DNA from: Proteromonas lacertae
Lineage: Eukaryota
Length of the DNA: 64,000 nt
Direction of reading: 5' to 3'
Assembly: GCA_002245135.1 (NCBI GenBank)
Contig: NGBS01000873.1
Location: 186,001-250,000, forward strand
Of the stretch, positions 53,062-64,000 are shown one piece after another (within the stretch, counting starts at the first letter, position 1; each line of letters starts with the position of its first letter). The notes beneath the pieces were generated by a model. That model ran no database searches. It had not been told where the DNA came from and saw nothing but the letters and a program-made list of their open reading frames with translations. The position numbers and the translations under genes are program-made.

Positions 53062-54313
53062 TTACTTCTTCTTCATACCAGCCTGCATTTGAGATGCATC
53101 CTGGCTAGGTTTCACACAAATCACACTTTTAGAATTAACTAAATTAAGCAACGAGTTTGTTCTTCTTGACATACTTCGATTATTAGAACTAATCTTGTTC
53201 TTATATCTGGATGACATCATTGCTTCTTTTGCTATAGAAGAAGACCTTAAATCAGGTCCAATATTCTGCCTCACTAACAAAACCATTGTATCAAAGGAAC
53301 GATCGTTAGCATACCTCAAAGAAAAATCATAATGGAAAGGAGCCGGTTCATTAGTGAATAATTTCCTAAATATTTTACTACATATCGGCTCTGGTGGTAT
53401 TTTGATATTATGTGTTGGAGTAACACTGTTGTTCATGCTGTCAGTGCTAAAACTTGCACTTATTCTACTTTTATTTCTAGTCATATTATTACTAGTTTGA
53501 TTATTACAATATGTATGGTAAAAAATGTATATTTTTTTCTTTATTGTTGTGAATATTTTCTGTGTCATGGAAGTATGTATGATGATATATTGAAAAGAGA
53601 ATAAAAATCCACTGAAATGTAAGGAATGTTCAAAATATCCTACAAAATCTTTAATAAAGTAAGAATCATGAGGAAGAGTTGTTGAACTACCGCTTGCCTC
53701 CTTTAATACTGATATTAAATCATGATATGGCTCTTCAGATAGATTATAACATCTAAAGAAATCATTGATTTGAGACTATATACAATAATTAATATTTATA
53801 CTCTTGTTATAAAAACATTACTGTATATATGAGATACAGATAGCATCACTTGGATAATTTGAGGTGTTTGAAAAAACAAAAATGTACAGACGAATAAGAA
53901 ATATTGATCATAGGTTATACCTTCTATAAAATATGATTCTAATATGATATACTATCAATAAAAAAGGATCGCACAATTCCATGATAGGTATTAGGATATA
54001 TTTGAAGGTATTGGAACTAAAGGAATAGCAGAAGAAGAAGGATTTTGTTGCCACATCTCTAGATATTTTGATAAAATCTTATTCACTTCATAATAATTTA
54101 CTATGGATTATTTAAACTATCAATACGGTATAAAGTATCTGCCATTTGTTGAGAGACTAAAGACAGAGGTAATAAAACTGATTTATTGATTGAATAATGT
54201 CGACGAATCTCCAACGCTGCTTCACTCTATTTTATGTCATATATCAACAATACAAGCATAGTGATTGGGACTGTGTCAATACTTTCAGGAGAACCAACTG
54301 AATTGCTAGACAT
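53062..54313 (-). CDS. Tandem family X, copy 9
   Basis: NYYEVNKILSKYLEMW, SHIYSNVFIT, PPEPIC and EPAPFHYDF. Confidence 0.72.
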
Positions 54314-54666
54314 TGAGTCTTAACTTACCTTCAAAATGCCTTTTTATTGCTTGTTAATAATTTTTGAATGATTTTTTGAATATAACGTTTCAGATTAAAA
54401 AATAAGATACAGATGAAATTAGATTGCGGAACTCTAGTAGTCCTTTTATCTCTAAGGTTAATAACTGGTTTTTGTCATTAATATAATAACATTTAGAATG
54501 ATTATTGATTTAGTTTTTGTTAGTTATATTAATTTTAGAATGATTATAAATACATTTTTAGGTTAAGTGAATAGCATACTTTTATCAAACTATTCTTATC
54601 TCATGTGAATTTGACGCTCAAACATTCATTTTTAAGCTTGAGTTTGTATTTGTTATTTTTATCAAT

Positions 54667-56566
54667 ATGGCTGAATATCTTAATGATATTCAACAATTAA
54701 GGTGTCTAGCTGTAGTTATAGTGATTTTATTTCATTTGAATCTATGTGAAACAGGTTTTAGAGGAGTAGATATATTTTTCGTAATATCTGGGTTTATTTT
54801 AACCAACCAGCTGATTCATCGACCAGCCACATCTATTAATAATGTATTATCATTCTGGTTAGTAAGATCAAGAAGAATAATTCCTGCAGCATACATAATT
54901 TTAGTAATTTTTGTTTTATATTTTATCAATCTAGCGCATATAGAACATCCAGAATTATATCTATCGGAATTCAAAAGTGCAGTTAATTTCTACTCAAATT
55001 TTCACTATTACTATATGAACAATGATTATTTCCATCCAAGTAGCAACTCAGTTTTTCTAAATTTTTGGTCATTATCAACTGAAATGCAATATTATATATT
55101 TTTCCCAATAATCATCATAAATAATTACATTATTATAGTTGTGTTTATTTTGTCATTTATTATATATCAATATTATTACTCAGTAGATACAAGTTACAAT
55201 TATTATTCAATGATACCAAGAATATGGGAATTTCTATTTGGAACAATAATTCATCAAGTTTTCGTTTTATTTTAATCAAAAGAAAACGAATAATATTGAT
55301 ATAACAAACACATTTATAAAATATGCTTTTTTCATGTCGTTATTTGTATTGTCTTTTTTTAATACAACTTATTTATTTTCTAGAATAGATAATTTAATTA
55401 CAATGGTTTTGACATCATATTATATCTCTTTTATTCCTCATTTTTTAAACTCATATATATTGGAACATATTGGTGATTTATCTTATATTATTTATTTAAT
55501 CCATTTTCCATTAAAATTTATAATTGTTGATGATTATTCTTTGTATTTTATATTACTGTATATCTCAAGTGCTGTAGTATATTATTTGTATGAAAAACCT
55601 ATACTTTATTATTTAAAGAAAATCTCTAGTCTGAAATGTGCTATTGCAATGTTTTTAATGATAATTTGTTGTAATATTCTCTGTAATGTTTATGAATTGC
55701 AAATAATAAAGAGAAATGAAGAGATGTTGAATGAATTTGATCAATCAAATAACAATGTCACATTTATATATATTCCAGAAGAATTGAATAATTATTGTTG
55801 TTTTAAACCATTAAAAGACTTGGAAGATAGTAATAATAAAGAAATTCATCCAGTATTATTTGTAGGAGATTCACATGCGCTTCGATATATAGGAGCAATT
55901 CGATCATATGTATCATATCTTAAACAACCATTTTATTTCAAATATATTAATACATTCTACATAATACGAAATATGTCAGAATATCTCTATGATGTTGATG
56001 AAAGTTTTGATATTATTTTATTATCGAATTTATATATGAAAAATGATATGGGTAATAATGATGCTATGTTTGTGAATGAAATAAGTAAATATATTCTCTA
56101 TCTTATGAATTACTGTAATAAAATGATATTCTTCAAACCAACTCCTGTTTTAGATAGATTAGTGTTGTGTCAAGATGCTAGAAAGTATAAATATGCAATA
56201 GAACCATATAATATAACAATGGCTCATCAAGAATATACTTTAATTCAAAATAACCCAAATATAATAACCATTGACTTTAAAAATTTCTATTGTCAAAATA
56301 AACATAATAATTACACATGTAATTTAACCTATTATAATAATAAACATAATGAAGAAGGTTGTATTTATTTTGATCAACATCACATTGATATGCAGTTTAT
56401 AGAATATCATATGGATTATGTATTGAATATATTCAAACCATTATATCATATGAAAGGTAATTTCATTCAAAAATGTATGTATTATTATTATAAGAATAAG
56501 ATGTATGAAAAATGGCATTTAGATGATAAAGGGTGTAATATAATTAATTTAAAAGATAATGTTTAG
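54667..56566 (+). CDS. Acyltransferase-3 (AT3) plus SGNH domain O-acetyltransferase, OafA/OatA-like; intronless, with a 1-nt frameshift near 55260
   Basis: DIQQLRCLAVVIVILFH, GFRGVDIFFVISGF, RSRRIIPA, FWSLSTEMQYY, PRIWEFLFG and IGDLSYIIYLIHFP. SGNH motifs FVGDSHA and YFDQHHI. The +1 frame is open from 55262 into ORF 55334. Confidence 0.88.
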
Positions 56567-56697
56567 TATTCTTTACATACACATATTATTATTTTATTTA
56601 AATTAAACAACACAAAATAGAATAAAATAAATAAAAACACATAAATATGTTAGGATATATCTGAGTTATCAAGACATCTTCTTGTTCTGTCCTGTCC

Positions 56698-58025
56698 TTA
56701 TCCTGTCTTTGTCCTTTGTAACTCAGGTTCACTTGGATTTAATGCATAAACAGTTGCATGTGTTATTGATCGTTTATATTTTTCACTACAGTAAATTCTA
56801 TTCTTCTTCAATTTTTCATCAATATTCAACACTGTTTTAGTCATGTAATCTTTAGGTAAAGAAATCTCTTCTGATGATGAAGAAGTATAGCAACTTGAAG
56901 TCATTAATAAATGTCTTCTACAATATCCATACCTTTTTCTTATTTCTGTTACTATTGGATCTAAATAAACACAAGAACTAATATCATTATTACAGAATCT
57001 CATTATTCTGTAATCAGAACGATTTGGATCTGGTTTATGAGTTATCAATTTTCTTCTCATATATTTACAACAATTTTCTCTTGGAATTTTTAACATTATA
57101 TTCACATTTGCCATATAATATATTTTTATTCTTTTTAATATTACTACATAGTCTTCTTCAGTTATTATATTCTTCACAAACTTTTGTTTCCATGCTCTTA
57201 TTGTATTATATAAAGATGGAGCACTTTGAAAAAGAAATGAAATTTCAGTGCAAGGAATAAATTGTGAGTCTTCACTGTTAAAAATATAATATTATATATA
57301 TATATACTGTTGTAATAACCATCTGATTATTATTAAATCATAGTCATCTTCTTTTATTATACTATTTATAAACTCCAGCGATTGTTCATAAGTAATATTC
57401 AGATTTGATTGAATTCCGCATACTGATAATAAAACTATCCATATTATATATAATAATAATAATAATAATATATCAAATACTTCGAATCAGCTTGTCAAAA
57501 GATACAAATACAATTAAACAGATCATCTGTAAAAATACATTGATTGTCACTTTGTCTTCTATATATTTTTAGATTATTATCATTCATACGATAGATTTGG
57601 AAGAAATTTTTAAAAATCAAACTATAGCTAAGATCAAAATCATTAAATAACTCACCAGCTAATATGTATGGATGTTCCATATTCTTAGACCATATTTCTA
57701 AATACTGCTCTTGCCATCTTGAAATATCGTAATAATTTACTAGATATTATACAAATATATATCATACAGCATAGGGCATTCGCTAAATCAACGATTATTT
57801 TATCACAATTCAATATCGGTTGTTTGTTCTTTTGACAAAAATTTCTTAATCTATACAACTTCAAGGCACTTTTCTATAACAAAATATAAAAATATATACC
57901 ATGGTAGCTATCTGTTCTTGTTCATCCATAGCATCATAAAAATTTGTTACGGTTGCTGATATGTAGATGTTATGTTTGAGAACAGGTTTGGCTTGTAGGA
58001 TGTGATTTGGAAGAATTTCATTCAT
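56698..58025 (-). CDS. Tandem family X, copy 10
   Basis: NYYDISRWQEQYLEIWS, CGIQSNLNIT, IPRENCC and PDPNRSDY...IRKRYGYCRR. Confidence 0.72.
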
Positions 58026-58319
58026 TCCATATTTCTAAAAAAAGAAATAATACAATAATTATAACTCTTTTTCGTTGAGTACAAAATAAAGTATTTATTT
58101 TTAAATTATTATTTATGACATACATATTTCTTTTAGATTTTACAATTCAGAAGTATATATTTATTGTATTAATACGAAATGTATAAAAATAGCATCACTG
58201 CATTCAATTTTTTTCTTTCATGTTTTTGCATCAAGCCTGTTCGAACTAATTGATTTATTCTATTAAATTCTATTAGTTCATAATCTTCAATGGTGACATG
58301 TTGCTGAAATAACGATACT

Positions 58320-58780
58320 ATGGCGCTTCTTTTGCCTAAACAAGTTTACAGATTTTGAATGTTCTTTTGTAGCTGATGGGGATAATCAGAAGCTAATTAC
58401 TCATATGGTAAGTTTTCAATATACTCATTTATAATAGATGAAAAGTTAATTGAATTTCAGCAGAAAGACTATTAAAAAGGTCTATTATACCAGCTGAATG
58501 ATTTATCTGTGAAATTTGCACTATATTTGTCTTGTATACTTTTTATATTATCTATATAAAAAGTAACAAACTATTAAGTTGTTGAATGGCAAAGAAAATA
58601 TTTAGAGATATGGTATAAATGCCTAATTGAGCCTTATATACATTGTTCTGATTTTTTAGAAGCAATGTATTGTAAATATACACCTCTTATAAGAGTATTC
58701 TGCGAAGGATTTGGTATATTTTATTATTATATACACTTCAATATAGAACTAGACGAATTAATAAGAAGTATCAATAGAAG
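58320..58780 (+). pseudogene. Truncated, inverted remnant of family X (N-terminal part)
   Basis: ~58570-58712 reads NY*VVEWQRKYLEIWYKCLIEPYIHCSDFLEAMYCKYTPLIRVFCEGF, matching the NYYDISRWQEQYLEIW block, with an in-frame TAA. I found no C-terminal half. Confidence 0.65.
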
Positions 58781-58914
58781 AAACCACACAGTTTTTCAAA
58801 ACATTAAATGAGTTTTATTATTTAGATCCAATATTGAATAAATAACTAGACGAACAGTATAATTAAATATGTTAAAATATATATACTAGCAATGAAGATA
58901 ACCTCATACAAATA

Positions 58915-59585
58915 TCCTGTTCTTATCCTTTGTAACTCAGGTTCATTTGGAATTTAATGCATAAACAGTTGCATGTGTTATTGATCGTTTATATTTTTCA
59001 TCAATATTCAACACTGTTTTAGTCATATAATCTTTAGGTAAAAAATCTCTTCTCTTCAAACCAACTCCTGTTTTAGATAGATTAGTGTTGTGTCAAGATG
59101 CTAGAAAGTATAAATTTGCAATAGAACCATATAATATAACAATGGCTCATCAAGAATATACTTTAATTCAAAATAACCCAAATATAATAACCATTGACTT
59201 TAAAAATTTCTATTGTCAAAATAAACATAATAATTACACATGTAATTTAACCTATAATAATAATAATAAACATAATGAAGAAGGTTGTATTTATTTTGAT
59301 CAACATCACATTGATATGCAGTTTATAGAATATCATATGGATTATGTATTGAATATATTCAAACCATTATATCATATGAAAGGTAATTTCATTCAAAAAT
59401 GTATGTATTATTATTATAAGAATAAGATGTATGAAAAATGGCATTTAGATGATAAAGGGTGTAATATAATTAATTTAAAAGATAATGTTTAGTGTTCTTT
59501 ACATACACATATTATTATTTTATTTAAATTAAACAACACAAAATAGGATAAAATAAATAAAAACACATAAATATGTTAGGATATA
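58915..59585 (+). repeat. Permuted duplicate of 56132-56872 (3' end of the AT3-SGNH gene and 3' end of family X copy 10)
   Basis: ~59055-59585 is nearly identical to ~56132-56659. ~58915-59054 matches ~56690-56872 with internal deletions. Confidence 0.9.
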
Positions 59586-59663
59586 GGTAAATTATACTTT
59601 TGAAAAAGAAAAAACTAAAGAGCCACTTCATATTTCTTAATACTTCCTTTATAATCAGTTGCT

Positions 59664-60802
59664 TTATATTGATGGACAGGAGAGTTTGTAACAGGAGAAG
59701 TACTGTAATGGAGAGATAGGCACTGTAGCACCAGGTAGATTAATGGAACATATTGCATTGCCAGCTACTCTAATAGATCTGTTGATAGTTCTCTTATTAA
59801 TATCACCTCCATTAGATGCTCTTTTCATTGAATTTCTACTGATCGATCTTGTAGAAACACTAGATGCTCTTCTATCTACTTCAGCACCAAATCGTTTTAC
59901 CACAACTCTAATAAACCCACTGAATGATGCTTCAGATGGATCTATTGTACTATAATCAAATCTGTAAGGTTCTGGTTGATTTGAAAATAACGTTCTCATC
60001 ATTTTATCTATGCAAGATTCTTCTTTTTTCAATATATTTTTTTCATTATAATAATACTCTATTTTACATTTTATAGTTCTGTACAGATCATAATTAAGTC
60101 CAACTTTTATACAATTTTTCCGAAAATCAGCAATAAATTCAATAAATTTTCTTTGTTTTTCAAAATAACTTATGAACTTTTTAATTGAAAATGAGTCTTC
60201 TGGAGCATTTAAATTAGGTTCTGTTATTTCCGTTATAATGTCATTATAATCACCACTGCTTAAATGATAAGTTTGAAAAAAATGATTCAATTGTTGTCTA
60301 CTAATGAATAAATGACTAAATATCTTATCCATTCGCAATAAAAGACTGATTACTTTGGATAAGTCCAAAAACACAAATATACAAATGAATTGAAAATATA
60401 AATCATACGTCACATCAGCTATTCCATTATATATTACATTAATATAAAATACAATTCTGAAAAAATATACTTACTATTGGCAGGAACCGATCTTCAAACT
60501 TTAAACTAAGATTATAAAGTGGAATTGACATTTTTGATTGTTCACAATACCATAAATCCAAATATGATTTCATGATTATATTTATCTCATATCTGTTCAA
60601 AAATAGCGTTTGAGCAGCTATTTCGCCTATGCTATCTAGTGGAAGAAATAAATCATAGGGATTTGTATTTCCTTTCTCTTTCATTATGCGGTATGCTTTA
60701 GACTATATAATATAAACATATGAACAATATAACACAATATACTAATGAAACTTGAACTAACACATTAACATCATCCTTTTCACTTGTATTAAAAGATATC
60801 AT
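59664..60802 (-). CDS. Tandem family X, copy 11
   Basis: NRYEINIIMKSYLDLW, YFQFICIFVF, KIFSHLFIS, EESC and QPEPYRFDY...KRFG. Confidence 0.72.
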
Positions 60803-60977
60803 CTCATTTTAATTATTTGTGTCTTAGCTGCACTAATTTCTTTAAAAATAACTACAAATAAAACGGATATATTCTTATAACTCAAAAAATAAAAAATCAA
60901 AAAAACAGCATTACAATATACAATTCATTAAATAAACTAATATCATTATATAAATTACAGGATAATATGTACATATA

Positions 60978-62133
60978 TTACAGAGGACTAACAGGATGGC
61001 CATTATACGGAACAATTTTACTGGATTTCAAATTTAAGTTAATACTCATCTCAGTTTTTGTTCTGGAACATCCACTACTTGCATTACTAGATGATTTCAC
61101 TCTATTAGAACGACAAGAAGAAGTCAATCTTCGATGATTACAGGACGAAGACAAACAAACTAGTGAATTGTTTTTCTCATCAAACATATGTTTAATTGCC
61201 ATAACAGCTCTGTCATAACCTCCATCTAATTGGTCATTATCGATAAAATAGTCAAAACGGTAAGGAGGAGGTGAATTTGTGATTAACAAACGAATTAACA
61301 ACGACACACATGATTCTTTGGGTGGAATAACTTTATTAATCCCATGTTCATAGTAAAACTTAATTCTTTTATTGATTGCATTATAAACTATTCTAGGTAG
61401 TGCAAATTTGAGTATATCTTCTTTTAGACTATTTATAAAATCCAAAAACTTGGTAGATTCTTGTATAACTCGACTGAATAGTTTTAATGAGTAATGTCTT
61501 CTGGATGTTCTTGGCGTTGCTTTCTCACTATTGTTATGACTTTCTAATATGTCAAATAACTTTGGGAAATCATTCTCTGTGAAATTATACGATTGAAAGA
61601 ATATCAATATTTGACTCTATTTTGTTATATTTAATGGTGTTATTAATACTTTGGTGATAAATAGTTTACTTATCACTTTGGCCATTGAAATCATTAAACT
61701 CATCAGTTGTGGAGGTGAGAAAAATAAAAATGAACAAACAAATATGAAATACTGTCGATGTGTAATTTCATCTACAATTACAATTACATATTATACTGCC
61801 TTTGTCAAAAAACAATTTCAATAAAGAGAAATGGTTGTTAGATATATGAGTCATTACTATTCTTATCGGCAGCGAAACGCCTGTTCCATAATGATACCAT
61901 TCTCTCAAATAGAAACTGTTGATGAGATTAATCTCATAATTTGTCAGTAGAAATGTCTCTGCTAAAATTCTATGTTCAGGATACAAAGGTAGATATAACA
62001 AATATGGTTTGGATGTACCATTCTTTATATATAAGTTATGGCCATTGGACTATAGAATGTAAATAAAATTACAACAAAATACAAGATAATCGACAGCATT
62101 TTCTTCTATCATGCCACTTTCACATTTATGCAT
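60978..62133 (-). CDS. Tandem family X, copy 12
   Basis: TNYEINLINSFYLREW, PPKESC and SPPPYRFDY. Confidence 0.72.
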
Positions 62134-62306
62134 CTTCTATATCATTAAAAAATGAATTTAAAAAATTCAGTTATAAAAAACTCAAATCAAGCTCTTTGAT
62201 ATTTTTTCATTTTAGATTATTAAGCAAAACACAGCAGTATATATGTACTTATATTGAAAATCATAATTTATAAATATTTAATAATCTATACAACTAACGA
62301 TATACA

Positions 62307-63603
62307 TTATTCGATATTTTTCTCAGATTCTTCTTCTGGTGCGATTTTGTTCTTCGAAATGTTTCTATTGGGGAAAAAATGCTTGTTACTGCTGCATTTA
62401 TGTTTAGTACTAACTGCATGACCAGAAAATGGATTATTTAAAGATTGTAATTGTGGGTTAATTGCAGGATAGCCACAACTCCTTGACGGTTTAGCTCTAA
62501 ATCTCTGAAAACTTCCAAAACCACTTCTATTGCCAGATAACGCCGATCTTTCTGATTTATCACTCTTCATACTATACTTTGCATTATCATCTCTAAATGA
62601 ACTTTTTCTACATGAATACCCAAATACTTGTCTAATCAAATACAGCATATCATCAAATGCTTTTTCACAATTTGTTAATGTGTAATAATCATAGTGGTAT
62701 GGAGCTGGCCTTGCAGTAAAACACTTTCTTAATATTCTACCTAAACATGATTCTTTAGGAACCCTTAGCTTCTTTAGATCATCAATACTATTATGATCAT
62801 AGAAAAACTTCATTCTGTTTTTAATAATTTCATAACTATCTTGTTTCATTGTTAAATCTATCAGGAAATCTCTATATGTATGCAAGAATTTATTAAAATC
62901 AGGAGATTCTTGGAAGTAAGTGAGAAAATCTTTCATATAATACATTTGATCTGGACAATTACTCTCTTCGGCTGATTTTTTTAATACTTTTAATAAATCA
63001 CTATATTTCTCTTTATCTAAATAGTAAGTAGCAAAGAAATCATTTACTTGTTTCTAATCAATATGAGATTTATACTATATATATACCCTTGATATAAATA
63101 TATTGCTAAATATTTGACTCATCGATAGTAGTAACAATAGAAGATGTTTTGTATTGAAAAAAACGAAACAACACACCATTATAAAGAAATCTTCATACAT
63201 TACATCAGCTATAGTATTATATGATAATATAAATATACATTCTTTGAAAAACATTTTTACTATTCCTCTATTTTCTGTTGGAAATAGTTCAATCAGCCTT
63301 GGAAGTGGTATGAAGTAATTTCTGGGTTCTAATGACCATAGTCTTAAATAAGGCTCATGTATCATATTTATTTCATAATTGTTCACTATAAATATATATA
63401 ATTATCAGATATACAAAACAAAAGTTCAGCCATATGATATGACGTAACTGCTAAAGGTAAAAAAGTGCCATTTTCTTTACATGCAGTCTTTTTAAATTCT
63501 TCATATGCTTTGTTCTAGTGATTATAAACCATATGGTTAATACTAAAATCAGCTGTAAATTAGTCTCCAGCACAAGTGCCTCTGCATCCGATGTATGGGA
63601 CAT
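62307..63603 (-). CDS. Tandem family X, copy 13
   Basis: NNYEINMIHEPYLRLWS, SQIFSNIFIS, PKESC and RPAPYHYDY...IRQVFGYS. Confidence 0.75.
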
Positions 63604-63761
63604 TAAATAATTAAAATATTATAAATATTAATATTTGTCTTATTTTAGAGTTATTTTTGAAAAATTAATTTAATTAAATGTAACGAATATATTGAGGAAT
63701 ATTTTTTTAATGATTATCCCAAATACTCACATATACATTAACAGAACGAATTAAATGATAT

Positions 63762-64000
63762 TTAAACAATCACAGGTGTGTTATTAATTGATTCTTCTAT
63801 GGGAAAAACCTGAGTACTATGTAATTTACTCTTTCTAGAAGGATTATTAGGGTTACTATCTAAAAAAATGTTATTACCATTATTAGTCAATCTTAACGAG
63901 AAATGTGAAGGAGATTGTAACTGATACAGCTTCTCCGATTTCTTAATAATCACTGATTTACTATTTAACGAACGATTTATGAACTGAGGTGATAAAGATG
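63762..64000 (-). CDS. 3' end of a gene extending beyond the window, possibly a further family X copy
   Basis: Ser/Asn/basic C-terminal tail (RKSKLHSTQVFPIEES) with spacing and orientation like the array members. No diagnostic block is visible. Confidence 0.35.
   Translation of the reverse strand, partial: SLSPQFINRSLNSKSVIIKKSEKLYQLQSPSHFSLRLTNNGNNIFLDSNPNNPSRKSKLHSTQVFPIEESINNTPVIV

Noticed and set aside
59085..59492. 135-aa ORF as an independent gene
   Set aside because: It is a 5'-truncated duplicate of the acyltransferase 3' end, starting at GTG and lacking the GDS catalytic motif.
54400..59600. Transposon carrying the acyltransferase
   Set aside because: I found no transposase or RT remnant, terminal inverted repeats or target-site duplication.
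1..64000. Alternative genetic code (stop reassignment) to explain the fragmented ORFs
   Set aside because: Most breaks coincide with short GT..AG introns. TAA, TAG and TGA all end well-conserved genes at the expected places.

Overview
Very AT-rich, gene-dense eukaryotic DNA. Genes are split by tiny (~23-35 nt) GT(A/T)..AG introns and intergenic gaps are very short. This architecture suggests an anaerobic stramenopile such as an AT-rich Blastocystis or a relative (inference only). I rebuilt gene models by joining ORF fragments across these introns by eye, so exon boundaries and some start codons are approximate. Housekeeping genes: two tandem Rab GTPases, derlin, RNA Pol III C17/RPC9, an importin-beta-3-like HEAT protein, a Snf7-like protein, sestrin, a PHOSPHO1/2-type HAD phosphatase, HemK2/N6AMT1, a TRM10-like methyltransferase and REV1. 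Main findings: (1) an ~8.3 kb spliced gene for a giant membrane-anchored mosaic glycosidase, with a lysozyme-like (SLT/GH23) domain, two GH18 chitinase domains, and Ig, DOMON-like, TSP1, EGF, Cys-rich and mucin modules; (2) 13 full-length, divergent paralogues (one with an in-frame TGA) plus remnants of an unrecognised family, possibly EF-hand-derived, in two convergent tandem arrays; (3) an intronless bacterial-type AT3-SGNH O-acetyltransferase inside the second array; (4) a circularly permuted duplication next to it; (5) a recurrent upstream motif, TGAAACGGAT. Several single-base frameshifts fall in homopolymers and may be assembly errors. I recognised no rRNA, tRNA, CRISPR or transposase.
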